Shown piece after piece: positions 24,887 through 36,060 of a DNA stretch of 64,000 bases. Where the stretch lies: NCBI RefSeq assembly GCF_018977255.1, contig NW_024704742.1, forward strand, positions 50,532,001-50,596,000, in the 5' to 3' direction. The translations under genes were made by a program, and so were the position numbers. The notes under the pieces were generated by a model that was not told where the DNA came from, did no database searches, and worked only from the letters and a program-made list of their open reading frames with translations. The stretch is from Callorhinchus milii. Lineage: Eukaryota. The stretch's first letter is position 1, and the number at the start of each line of letters is the position of its first letter.

Positions 24887-25878
24887 TTGGGGAATCTTGA
24901 CCAAGACACCAGGAGAAATTCCCTTCTCTTTTCAAATAGTGTCGTGGAATCTTTAGCGTGCACCTGAACAGGCAGACAGGACCTCGATTTAGCATCTTAT
25001 CCAAAGAATTGTACTTCTGACAATACAATACAAACCCAGCACTGCAGTGGAGTGTCAGCTTAGACAAGGCAATTCCAAGTCCCGATATGGCGCTTGAACC
25101 CACAAACTTCTAACTTAAGTGTGCTACTCGAGCCAGGCTGACACAGTACACATATAGCAAATACAGTAAATATGTATACACCTATATAAACAGACATACA
25201 TACCATATCATACATCAAATGCATCATTTGGTAAGTAGCTTTATTCTGTCAATTGGTACTACTACTGAAGAAAAGCTAAACTATAACTTGTTGCAACAGA
25301 ATTTGAATGCGGTCTTTAAAAATAAAATGTCATGAAACTGCCTTGGACTCAATTTTTTTTCTCAATAGTTGAGCTGTATAATTCATTTATAAAGTATTGT
25401 TTGGTAACGGAAGGAGAGAGAGCGAAAGCCTGTGGAAGTCTACAACTTTACCTATAAAAACAAACAGCTCCATTATAATAGGTCACACATTGACCTATAT
25501 AAAACAACTACAACTTGCATTTATATGAAAATTATGTGTGAAAAAGGGGTTCACATGATTTCTAAATAGAATATAGGAAGGGATGGCAGAAAACAACTCA
25601 TAATTTTCTAGTGTAAAGCAAAGTAGTCATTCATCACATCTCGAAGTAATGGTATCAAAATAAACTGTAGATCACTAATGAAACAACAGAAACAAAAACT
25701 TTACCACCGTATATTTCAATTACATTGGCACATTTATATAAACAAAACCAACAATACAATCAAATGCTGTCCATGAGCAACCTCGTCAACATTTAGTTTC
25801 AAAATTTAACCACACATTTTAAGAACAGGATTTTCTTGCATTTCATCCAGTATGATAGTAGATGGCAGTTTTGTGAAT

Positions 25879-25884
25879 TTTATT
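25879..25884 (-). terminator. COMMD8: Candidate COMMD8 polyadenylation signal AATAAA (another at 25240-25245)
   Basis: TTTATT on + strand about 130 nt downstream of the stop codon; motif only. Confidence 0.45.
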
Positions 25885-26014
25885 CAGCTTTCTTTTGCTT
25901 ATTCACAAGATCTTGATGGTGCATTTACTATCCTTCTGTGCAGTGCATACTATCCTTGGGTCCAGTTCTCCATGGAAAGGTCAGATTTATATGGTTGATT
26001 ACTTTTATGGCCAG

Positions 26015-26035
26015 TCATTTCAGTTGTAAGACAAC
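26015..26035 (-). CDS. COMMD8: COMMD8 last coding exon (VVLQLK-stop)
   Basis: Acceptor TTTTTCTCTGACAG| then GTT GTC TTA CAA CTG AAA TGA, identical to human C-terminus VVLQLK. Confidence 0.95.
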   Translation of the reverse strand, partial: VVLQLK

Positions 26036-26883
26036 CTGTCAGAGAAAAAAAGCTGGTGAAAGGAGGTAATAGTCTCTGCATAAGAGATTTCATTTTGAAT
26101 AATCTATAAACATATTGCATTAATCTATGAATGAATTTAACTAAATGAACTTCATACCTAAACAAGCAAGCTTTGGCATTTTGTCTTATCACTTTACGTC
26201 CTCAAGTATGCCCCTCAAATAAAATACAGTATTAAAAATGTTCTTGTTAAACCAGAAGTGTCAAAATAGCAAATTTGGTTAGTGCTTGTTAATGTGGAAT
26301 AAATAAATAAAACAAAAGTAAATAGAATACGCTGCCAGTATTAAAATAATTTATTTTTTTGCAAATTCAATTCTTTTCAATTCACCAGTTTCTCTAATGG
26401 TGCTGGCAGATAGCCAAAGAATGAGTTCCAAATCACACATCACAAAAAAATTAAGCTATGTTATATGATTCACAGGAATAGAAAATAATAGAAAAGTTCC
26501 AGCCTGGATTTATAAACAATGCACAACTAATTGACTGATGTCCCTGTTAGCATTGTTACACACAATCTCAACATTCACTGACATAACATTTGTGGCACAC
26601 CAACTATTGAAATGCAGAGCAGCCAAGGCTACGAAGTTACTGTGGAAATACAGATGTCTCAAAACTTTCATCAATGTTGCAGAACCAATGAATGGTAAAC
26701 AAATTTTGCCGTGTACAATGACGCTCTGAACTGTTCAATAAAAAAAAGGACATACTTGCCCTAAAGGGGGTGCAGCGTAGATTCACTAGGTTAGTTCCTG
26801 GGATGAGGGGACTGACCTATAAGGATAGGCTGAATAAACTATATTCCAATTCAGAGTTAAGATGACATTAAAAAAAACGATAC

Positions 26884-27039
26884 CTTGTTTGCTGCCTCAA
26901 GAGAATGGATTAAGTTTTGTAGCTCTTCCTTATTCATCTCAATTGAAACTGGTTTCAGTATCCCGTTCTCCCGGACATCGAGGTCAAGGTTTAACAATGG
27001 TGTTTGAAGAAAAGCAATTTTATCACTCGACAAAGGTAA
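26884..27039 (-). CDS. COMMD8: COMMD8 exon 4 ([22 protein letters not shown]...LEAANK)
   Basis: 156 nt; acceptor CCATTACAG|, donor AAG|GTATCG; matches human LALSSDKIAALRMPLL...EELQNLIQSLEAANK. Confidence 0.96.
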
Positions 27040-27625
27040 CTGTAATGGAATAAAAATTGGTAAATTCCAGCTTAAATCTACTAAGGATTTTATTCCAGGC
27101 TCACTTTGAATTTTATCCAAATAGTCATGAAAAGCATTTGACCTTTCCCCATTTTTTGTTTAATACCAATCCCTAAATATTTTGCAGTGTTCATGTATCC
27201 ATGCTTAAATTAAATATCCAGTATAAATAACAGCTGAGAAATGTTTAAATGCAAAAATGTATAGTAATATACTATCAAAAAGATCAAATGTCTCCATTCA
27301 AGCAACATGGACTTGAATTTGCACTTACACAGCATAATGTTTAACTTATTCTTAATGTTTTTGCTTTCTTGGTCTATTCCTACATATTCTTCTCCATGCT
27401 AAAGGAGCTTCGTGAATCTAACTGATCTGACATCTGATGAAAGGTCTCACTTGAAATTGTAACTTAGCTTTTTCAATTGCTGCGTTTATAGGGCATCTTT
27501 GATGGCAAACAGCTTATGGCCTATATGGGTTCCCATTACAATACATTTAATGTGGAGAAAATGTTTAATTTGAAAGAAAATTTAGAGGCTGAGATCAAAC
27601 CCAGTCAAGCAAAAAAACAATATAC

Positions 27626-27778
27626 CTTTAGTTGCCAATCAAAGTCCTGCAATTGAGCAGAGGACACATCATTTGTCTTCTCAACCATTGCCTGTCGGAG
27701 CTCCTCTTTTCTTCCTTTTAAAGATTTTAGGACTGCTTCCTGGTGGGGTAAACCCAGTCCATCCAACAGCTGGAGAAT
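27626..27778 (-). CDS. COMMD8: COMMD8 exon 3 (ILQLLDGL...SSAQLQDFDWQLK)
   Basis: 153 nt; acceptor TGTTAAG|, donor AAG|GTATAT; COMM-domain start SSAQLQDFDWQ identical to human. Confidence 0.96.
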
Positions 27779-28481
27779 CTTAACACAACACAGAAGACTA
27801 TTCTTATAGGGGGTTGTGTAGATTCGCAAAAAATTAGACATCGATATTCATTGTTCATTGATGTTCCACATTCAAACAAATCAATTTTCATTTATTAAAA
27901 AGGCAAAAGGATTTGATAGCGCAAAAGACAAAGAATTGATAAAAAAAAGTCTGGAATCTTGGAAATGGCATCTTGCAGAGTCAAAGGTGAGCAAGAGAGG
28001 GGAAATGCTGATCACCATTCAAATGTTATAGGTGCTATAAAATGCAAGGATAATAATTATTATTAGTCACAATAAAGGCACAACATATGGAAAACATGTT
28101 TTAAGCTAAGTGGCTGCATTAAGTTAAGACGTTCACACAATGGATGACCAAATAGTACATTTTTTATTAAATTAATCTTTCTACTAAACGACTATGGATT
28201 TAAGTACTTTACACCATAATTATCCATCTCTGACTCATCTGCCACTGTTGTGAATTACATTCTTCAGTTTTTAGCCAAGCTGCTGGATGAAGCACTAATG
28301 CAACTGTGTGACTCAATAAATAAAAATGCTTTTTATTTTGATTAACAGAATGAGACTCTCTAGTTAATTTGCACACAAATCATTTATGTGTGAAAAATAA
28401 TTTTTAAAGATGGACTATAGATGTTATGATGCAACATGTAGTTAATATTAATGTTCCATCCCCACTTTAGCAAGTTCCCAA

Positions 28482-29095
28482 TCTCAGGATGATCTGCAGT
28501 TTGTGGAGGGAAAACTTGGGGAGGCCGATAAGGAGGGAGTTTCCGTAGTCAAGCCTCGAGGTGATGAATGCGGGTATGAAGGTTTCGGCAGCCTGAGGGG
28601 TGAGGCAGTGGTGGAGTCGGGCAATGTTGTGGAGATGGCGAAAGGCAGAGCGGGTCATGGCACGGATATGGGAGAGAAAGAACAGTTAAGCGTCGGACAA
28701 GGCGCCCAGGTTCCTGACTGACTTGGTGAGGTGGAGTGTACATCCATGGTTGCTGATAGTGGCTGAGGTGCGGAGGCACTGGCGTGAGCCAATAAGAAGG
28801 GCCTACATTCAGATGTAGAAAGTTGGCTCTCATTCAGGACTTCATGTCTGACAGACAGTCTAGCAGGACCTCAGTTGTCCTGGAATCGAGGGTGGAGGCA
28901 GAGAGATAGAGTTGGGTGTCATCCGCATACATGTGGAAGTTGACCCATGTTTGCAGATGATGTCAACAAGGGGGAGCATGTAGAGGTTGAAGAGGAGGGG
29001 ACCGAGGACAGAGCCCCAAGGAAAACTGCACAAGACTGTTCGGGGGCTGGAAGAGAAACCATTGGCAGAGACAAATTGGAGATCGTGTGAGAGAT
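28482..29095 (-). mobile_element. L2 LINE RT fragment in COMMD8 intron 2
   Basis: FHM(Y)ADDTQLY RT motif region ~28910-28940; AAETFIPAFITSRLDYGNSLL. Confidence 0.9.
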
Positions 29096-29163
29096 AAGAT
29101 CAATAGACTGAACAGGAAAATGTAGCAATGGGTATAAAGACCAAAATGAAGTTCACAGGCAGT

Positions 29164-29483
29164 ATAATAATAATAATCCTTGCATTTGATTATTTGATTA
29201 TTTGCATTATCACATCTTCTAGACGTCTCAAGGCGCTTCACAGAATATATTATAAAGTGAATTGACTGTATATCTGTGGGCAAAACAGGGCAGCCAATTG
29301 CGCATAACAGTGTTCCACAAACAGTCGTGGATTGAGGCGACCAATTTATTCTTTTTTTCTTGAGGGATTATTTATCAGCTGTGTGGAGTAAGGAAACTTG
29401 CCCAAGGTTTCACCCTGCCGGAAATCGAACCCAGGTTTCTCGCTTGCGGGAAGAGCGCTCTAACCACTGAGCTAGAAGACTCC
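29164..29483 (-). mobile_element. Full-length SINE in COMMD8 intron 2
   Basis: Same family sequence. Confidence 0.92.
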
Positions 29484-31396
29484 ACAAAATAAGTGCACTA
29501 TCTGCATTAAACCATTGGAACCAGTAGTCAAAATCCAGCTTGTGAAGGGGAGTGTAAACATTTTACTGTATAAATTAAGATAAGAAACTACCTTGGATTA
29601 AAAACAATGGATGAGATCTAAATATTGAACAATCAATGAGTGTGGCATAACTGTCGGTGTCCGGTGCCTGATGCTCAACAACAAGCTTAATTTTTTTTTT
29701 GGTGAAATGCAAGGAAAGTCTCGAGGTGAACAAGGATATTCATGGCCAATTTGTTCTGTACTTTTAGAGCCGAATTCAACTTGGAAAGGGGAATTGAATG
29801 AAGCATTGAAAATGTTGTATAAGTCCAATTTGTGGCACACAATCTGAAATAAATTTATTATGTAAGATGAATGGCAAAATGTACTTCAGTGGTACGTATG
29901 AAAAGAAGGGATCACTCTGAGGTAATGTAAACAGTGCAATGAATCACTGCCCCTCACCCATTTGTCTTTCCTAATAGCCAAATGTATTTGAAAGAATTAA
30001 AAGTATAAATCCTATCTTACAATAATGGCTTCAGGATCCTTTCTTAAATTGTTTCACAAGTGTCTTACAAGTGCATGAATTACCAACCGATCACCATGCC
30101 ACATAACACATAATTGAAACTAATCAAACTAGAAACAATACTGCATTGCTTGCAGCAATATTAAGTGAGCATCAATTTTTATACACTTTCTGTAAAGGAA
30201 ATTGATGATATGGAAAAAAATCAGAAAAGGAACCGCCTTGAAGAAAAAGCATAACTGCTACCACAAGGATGTAGCTAGAGGTTGAGCTGAAGTAGATGAG
30301 CAACCTCCAGGTTGCCCCGACATCATTTTTCACTTTGAACATGTGAAGAAAACTGGAAGAAACTGCGGTGACCTGTCGGCCTAAAAGTCGGCCTTTATTC
30401 CTTTAGCTCACGAAATGGCCAACATACACGTTGCATGCTGGCCAGTTGTGTGCATGTATAGTAAAACCTGCTATTGGGCTTCACTATAATATGGGGAAGA
30501 ATTTTATGGATCTCAAAACATTGCACTGAGGCTTCACTGCAGTAATATACAGCAACTTACATGTATATAGCACCTACAAGCAAGATAGCACCTCAGCGCT
30601 CAACAGTGGGTGGAGCTTGACGCCAAGCTGATTTACAAGACTGGACGAGGGCATTTGGACCTGGTCTGCCATCTTATTACCTCATGAAATGAGCCACGTC
30701 ATTTGCACAAATGTACACTGTACAAGATGACGTGGCTCCTTCTCTTTGCCTTTCGTATGCCATTTCTCTACATGTTCCCCATATCCCTAAAGTCCAAGTG
30801 TTTAGCAACTTCCTCTTATAGACCTCAACTGATTCCGAAAAGGCATAGTGTGGTGTGTTGTCACTGTGTTGAAACAAAAACAGGCTCGACTGTTAATTTT
30901 ACCCCTGTGATGTTGAATTGCCTGCAACCACTATTGTTGAGAGCGCCCACATAAACCAAATGGCCACTTGTGCACTCACGGGCGATCCTGAAGAAGAACA
31001 TTCGTCAAATCCCTTCGGGGTGCAACGGATGGAAAGGGGAGAGAGAGAGAAAAAAACTGTACCGGTAAAATAATAATAAAATCCACAGAGCGGACTGGCG
31101 TTTGTTTGGATAACACCGAGAGCTGCTGAAGGATCTCCATCCACACAGTGCTTGAAAAGAAGTCTCGGCTTAGCTGAATACACACGTTCAAATAAAAACG
31201 AACTGCTGTCCCGGTGAATTGTCCTATTGGCCACTTTTACGCTCATTTCTTTCAGAGGCAGAGAGAGAGAGAGAGGGAGACATATGAAATGGCTCCAGAT
31301 GGACACGGAATAACCCCCCCCCACCTCTTTCGTGCACGTCCCCTCCTTCAGGGCAATCTCACCCGCTGGAGAGACCGCGCAACTTAACTCACTCAC

Positions 31397-31552
31397 CTCC
31401 TCGTCCGACAAATGCTTTCCACCGGCGCGCTTCAGAAATGACGTGGTGCCCTCCAGGATCTCCATCCACTCTGTCAGGGTCCACACAGCGCCGTAATCCC
31501 GAAACCGAGGGAGCGCACGTCCACAGACGCCATCAATCACCTTGTGAACGAA
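31397..31552 (-). CDS. COMMD8: COMMD8 exon 2 (FVHKVIDGVCGRALPRFRDYGAVW...KHLSDEE)
   Basis: 156 nt; acceptor TTTCTGCAG|, donor GAG|GTGAGT; matches human [24 protein letters not shown]...GKNLPDEE. Confidence 0.96.
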
Positions 31553-31602
31553 CTGCAGAAACGATGAAAGGCAAAAAGCCTCGAGCGCGCCCCCCCCCCC
31601 AC

Positions 31603-31626
31603 ACACCACACACACACACACACACA
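31603..31626. repeat. (CA)n microsatellite in COMMD8 intron 1; (TC)/(TG) tract 31897-31933 upstream of the ATG; (AT)n at 19770-19789 and ~58425-58442
   Basis: Direct inspection. Confidence 0.9.
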
Positions 31627-31827
31627 TTATTATAGTATGTACCCGGCCGCGCCGCCATTGATTTTAAAACACGCTCCGCCCCCCCCCACCCCCACCTCCT
31701 CCCTCTTTAACTCCGACCCGCGCCCGAGTTCGTAGGAAACGTCGAGGCTTCCAGCGCGGCCTCGCCTGTCCTCCGGTTCATTCGAGACCAAGACAGCAAA
31801 AGCGCAGCAGAGGGTAACGCTACTCAC

Positions 31828-31872
31828 TTTGGGACAGTCTTCGGCAGGAAGTCTGTTCAGTAGCACAACCAT
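31828..31872 (-). CDS. COMMD8: COMM domain-containing protein 8, coding exon 1 (MVVLLNRLPAEDCPK)
   Basis: ATG at 31872-31870; 45 nt; phase-0 donor AAA|GTGAGTA; resembles human N-terminus (LQKLPAELGPQ); inside CpG island. Confidence 0.9.
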
Positions 31873-33355
31873 TCTGCTCCCGCGCCCTCCCTTTGCTGTC
31901 TCTCTCTCTCTCTGTGTGTGTCTCTCTGTGTGTACCGGGGGTCGGCGAGAAGTTTCCAGAAGCCGGAGCGCCGCCGCCGAGGTCCGGCCCCGCCCCCGCC
32001 CGCCCCGCGAGAGGGTCACGTGCTGAAGCGGGCGGAGCGCGCGGCAGCGGAGAGCGTTTGAAAACAACCGCCGCCAACCGCCGACTGGAGGCCACGAGCG
32101 GAGACGGAGACAAACCCCCCCTCAGTCCTTCCCGAGACGTCACTCAGCCTTAATAATAATAATAATAATAATAATCCTTGCATTTGATAAGCCTTCACCG
32201 CCTTCCCAACGCAAGGACAGTAATCTCTGCTTCTTTTGGTTCATTGTATTTTTTTTCTCCCCTCTCCTTTTTCGGCGCAGTTGCTCCTGTTTCTCGCCCC
32301 TTCGAGCTGAAGGCGCGCTGACTCCCACCTGTCAGCTCCTCCTCGATCCATTCGCGACTCAGCCCTCTCGCCGTGTGCCTCCCACCCGCCCGCCGCTGGA
32401 AAGCTTCACGATCCCCCCTCCCCTCCCCCGTCGGCGGCGATAATAAATGATACTCCCTGACCTGTGGGCACCGAGAGAGACATCCGAGAGTGCTTCACCG
32501 GGGAACACCCACCAACGGGGCAGATGTGAGGCTGATGGGCGGTTTTGCGGGAGGACTGTGGACCAAAAGGCAGCGGAGAAACTTCCTTTTCGAAATGGTG
32601 TCGCGGAGTTGTCACCATCGGCCTGTGGGGGACCGGGTTACAGTCTCACTTTTAAGGATAGCACTCAACACTCCCGAAGTGGAGTTTGAACCTACAGCTT
32701 CCCCAGTGGCAAGTGTGCTCCCAACTGAGCCACACACTGACATTTAGTAAAACTGCCTCAGGCTCCGAGAAGCTCAGTTTTCTTACCTGAGACTTGTCGG
32801 CCCTGAAGAAACAACATAACCAGAGCGAAGACTCGGTTGAGAGCCGTGAATGTGTGAGACAAAGGTGACCCTCCTAATTTGGGGAAAAAAATAGGCAGAG
32901 TTAGGAATGGATCCGATGCCAATATGTCTCGTGCCCTGTTTTTTTCCGGCCAAATACCATGCAACCCCTTGGAAAACAAAATCAGAGTCCGTTGGGTTTC
33001 AAAACATTGCAATTAATGTGAAGCCACCCTGGGGGGCAGCTGAGAAACACGCCTTGAACAACAACTTGCGCTTACGCTTTTTGTAGGATAACATCCCAAA
33101 GCACTTCACATCATTGTGTAGAACCACCAAGGAGAGTGGGAAGAAGACGAGGCAGTGAGGAAGATGACCAAAAGTACCATTGAAGAGGTAGATTTTAGTA
33201 CAACTTGCATTGCAATAGTGCTCTTCGTGCAGTACAGTGTCTAGATTTCAGTAGGAGTTTGCAAGAGGGTGAACTTTTGGAGGGATTGCCAAAGAGCAGG
33301 GGGAACAGTGGCTGAGAGCACAACCAGCTATCCAACAAAGGGGGCAAGGGACATT

Positions 33356-33573
33356 TAATAATAATAATAATAATCCTTGCATTTGATATAGCGCTTTTCA
33401 CGTCGGGAGGACGTCCCAAAGCGCTTCACAGAACACACTGTAAAGTGAATTGACTGTATATTTGTGGGCGAACGCGGCAGCCAATTGCGCACAGCAATGT
33501 CCCACAAACAGTCGTAGATTGAAAATGACCAATTTATTATTGTTTTTGTTTTTGGAGGGATTATTATTAGGCG
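33356..33573 (-). mobile_element. 5'-truncated SINE, same family
   Basis: Tail and core present; stops just beyond the internal TAATAATAATCC motif. Confidence 0.9.
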
Positions 33574-34234
33574 GGTTATCATTTGCAGAGTTGAGGCAAT
33601 GAGAACAGGAGTGGATCTTGCATTGATATTATGCTGGGTGATGGATCCAAAGTAGTCTGGCAATGATGGGCATGATGGTCACACAGAATGTAGTGCAAGA
33701 GAACATTTCGGCTGCAGATTTCTGAATTGGCTGAGTCCATGTGGAAGTCCATAGCTGTTAAGCTAAGGGAGGCCATCAAGGAGAACTGTTTTGAGAAAAA
33801 AATATAATTTTCTTACATTGGGAACAAATCAGTTAATGTTCCATAAAATAAGAAAAAAATATAAAATCTTACCAAAAATGGATACATTTGGTTTTAGGGG
33901 CTAATTAGTAAAACGATTTTCACTGGGGAAATTTTGCATAAAGTGTTCTTTTGATGTGGAACACATTAAGAAAGAATGAACATGCACTTTTAAAGTACCT
34001 TTGGAGTCAAAATGTCTCAAAAAGTTTCACATTTGTTGCATTGACTGTTTCCAGCAATGTAACAGTCATTTGGCACATTAAAAAGTCCTATAATCAAGTA
34101 TGTGATGAATGACCAATTAATCTGGAGGATTGTTAGCCACAGCACCAGGAGAAACATCTTTTGAATCCTTAAGAATGTAAGATATCTGTATCCACCAAAA
34201 CAGAAAGATAGTTCCTTGGTTTAGCAGTACTGGA

Positions 34235-34840
34235 TATGGCTGCCAAAACCCTCACCCACGCATTTGTCACATCAAGGCTCGATTATGGAAACTCCCTTCT
34301 CATCGTCCTTCCCAACTCTTCCCTTCACAAGCTGCAGATCATCCAAACTCTGCAGCTCGTGTACTCTCACCCACCAGGCTCCGTGACCCCATCACTCCCA
34401 CCCTCGCCCGACTCCACTGGCTCCCCATCCCCCAGAGGATCGAGTTCAAGATCCTCGTCCTCACTTTCAAGGCCATTCATGGCCTTGCCACCTCCTACCT
34501 CTCTGACCTGCTGATCCCTACCAACCTGCCCACTCCCTCCGTTCAGTGGGCTCCGGCCCACTCCATGTCTCCCTACCATCAGTGGCCGGGCTTTCAGCCT
34601 CTCTACCCCCACACTCTGGAACTCCATCCCATGGTCCCTTCGCCTCACTTCCTCCCTTTCCTCCTTCAATGCCAGTCTCAAGACTCTTCTCTTCGATCGT
34701 GTCTTTGGTCGCCCTCCCACCTCTCTGCCTTCCCTCACCCCTACACCACTTCTCCATGATCCTCGGGCCTCAGCGCTTTGAGACACCTTCCCGACGTGAC
34801 AGAAGCTCTATAAATGTAATTTTGTTGTAGTTGTTGTTGT
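34235..34840 (+). mobile_element. L2 LINE 3' end inserted in an older Deu-type SINE
   Basis: AAKTLTHAFVTSRLDYGNSLL; (TTG)n tail; SINE halves at ~33960-34230 and 34841-34945. Confidence 0.9.
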
Positions 34841-35239
34841 ACTGCACTGTAGTATGAACCAGGATCGAGAGCATAATTCTCAATATGTAGCTTGAACCCA
34901 CAACATTCCAACCCAGAAGCAAAAGTACTACCAATTGAACCAATCTACTACCTGTTAGTATAAGTGGCTATTGAAGATGAGTCGATTACATAATTTAAAA
35001 GGATATTATATCACAGGAGAGGTTTGGATAAAGAAGGCCCTCTGCCTATTTGAATTCATCCTTCCAGAATACCTGCCCAAGTGTCTTCTCATTACAGCAT
35101 TAAGCTTGTTTTTTAATTAGTCCAATGGCCGAGCATCAGCCACCCTTTTTGGTAACCTGTTCCAGTAGTTAATTAATTTTGGGTAAAAAAATGCTTCCTG
35201 ATAACTGTCCTAAAATTGCGTTTTGCAACCTTAATCTTA

Positions 35240-35562
35240 TAATAATGATAATAATAATCCTTGCATTTGATATAGCGCTTTTTCACGTCTTCTCGACGTC
35301 TCAAAGCGCTTCACAGAATAGACTGTAAAGTGAATTGACTGTATATTTGTGGGCGAAATGTGGCAGCCAATTGCGCACAGCAATGTCCCACAAACAGTCA
35401 TGGATTGAAAATGACCAATTTATTATTGTTTTGTTTTGGAGGGATTATTATTAGGCTCTGTGTGGAGTAAGGAAACTTGCCCAAGGTTTCGCTCTGCCTG
35501 GAATTGAACTCAGGTGGCTCGTTTGCAAAGCGAGTGCTCTAACCACTGAGCTACAGGACTCC
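35240..35562 (-). mobile_element. Full-length SINE, same family
   Basis: Same family; AATCTT occurs near both flanks (possible TSD). Confidence 0.92.
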
Positions 35563-35689
35563 ACAATCTTCTGCAGCTCAAACAAAAGGGGGGTTAGTGG
35601 AGGATTGATGTCACGAAAAATGTTTGGCAAATCATGTTTTTAATTTATTCACATACAAACTCAGTGATATATTGCTTCAAATGCACCTT

Positions 35690-36060
35690 CAACAAAAGCT
35701 TGCACTTATATAATGCTCTCCACGCAGAGTAGCGTCTCACAGTGCTGAAGGCTGACTCTGAGCCAGCGGATGGGGGTGGGGAGGTGGTCGTAAGCAGTCG
35801 AACAGGAAGGTTTCCAGGCGGGACTTGAAAAATTAGAGAGGGGGCAAGGCTTAGGGATTGAGGGAGAGTGTTCCAGAATTTCGGGGCATAGTGGCTGAAA
35901 TCGCGACCTCCGATGGTGGGGCGGAGGGTGTGAGGGACGAGCAGGAGGTCGGTGCCAGTCGAGCGGAGGCGGCAGATGGCGGATTGGGGAGTGAGGAGGT
36001 TAGAGAGGGAGGGAAGTGCCAGAGAGTGAAGGAATTCGAACACGAATGTGTTCAACACAA
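35690..36060 (-). mobile_element. L2 LINE 3' fragment
   Basis: IGGRDFSHYAPKFWNTLP; L2-type tail. Confidence 0.82.

Larger units (their letters stand above)
31300..32650. promoter_or_regulatory. CpG island / COMMD8 promoter
   Basis: Sharp rise in GC and CpG; tandem GC boxes ~31986-32007; E-box GTCACGTG 32015-32022; CRE-like GACGTCA 32136-32142; covers exons 1-2. Confidence 0.88.

Noticed and set aside
30899..31627. 242-aa ORF, the longest in the track
   Set aside because: It is COMMD8 exon 2 plus read-through into GC-rich introns and a (CA)n repeat; consensus splice sites bound the homologous 52 codons.
31630..32750. Multiple overlapping ORFs on both strands
   Set aside because: Expected in a stop-poor CpG island; low-complexity peptides apart from COMMD8 exon 1.
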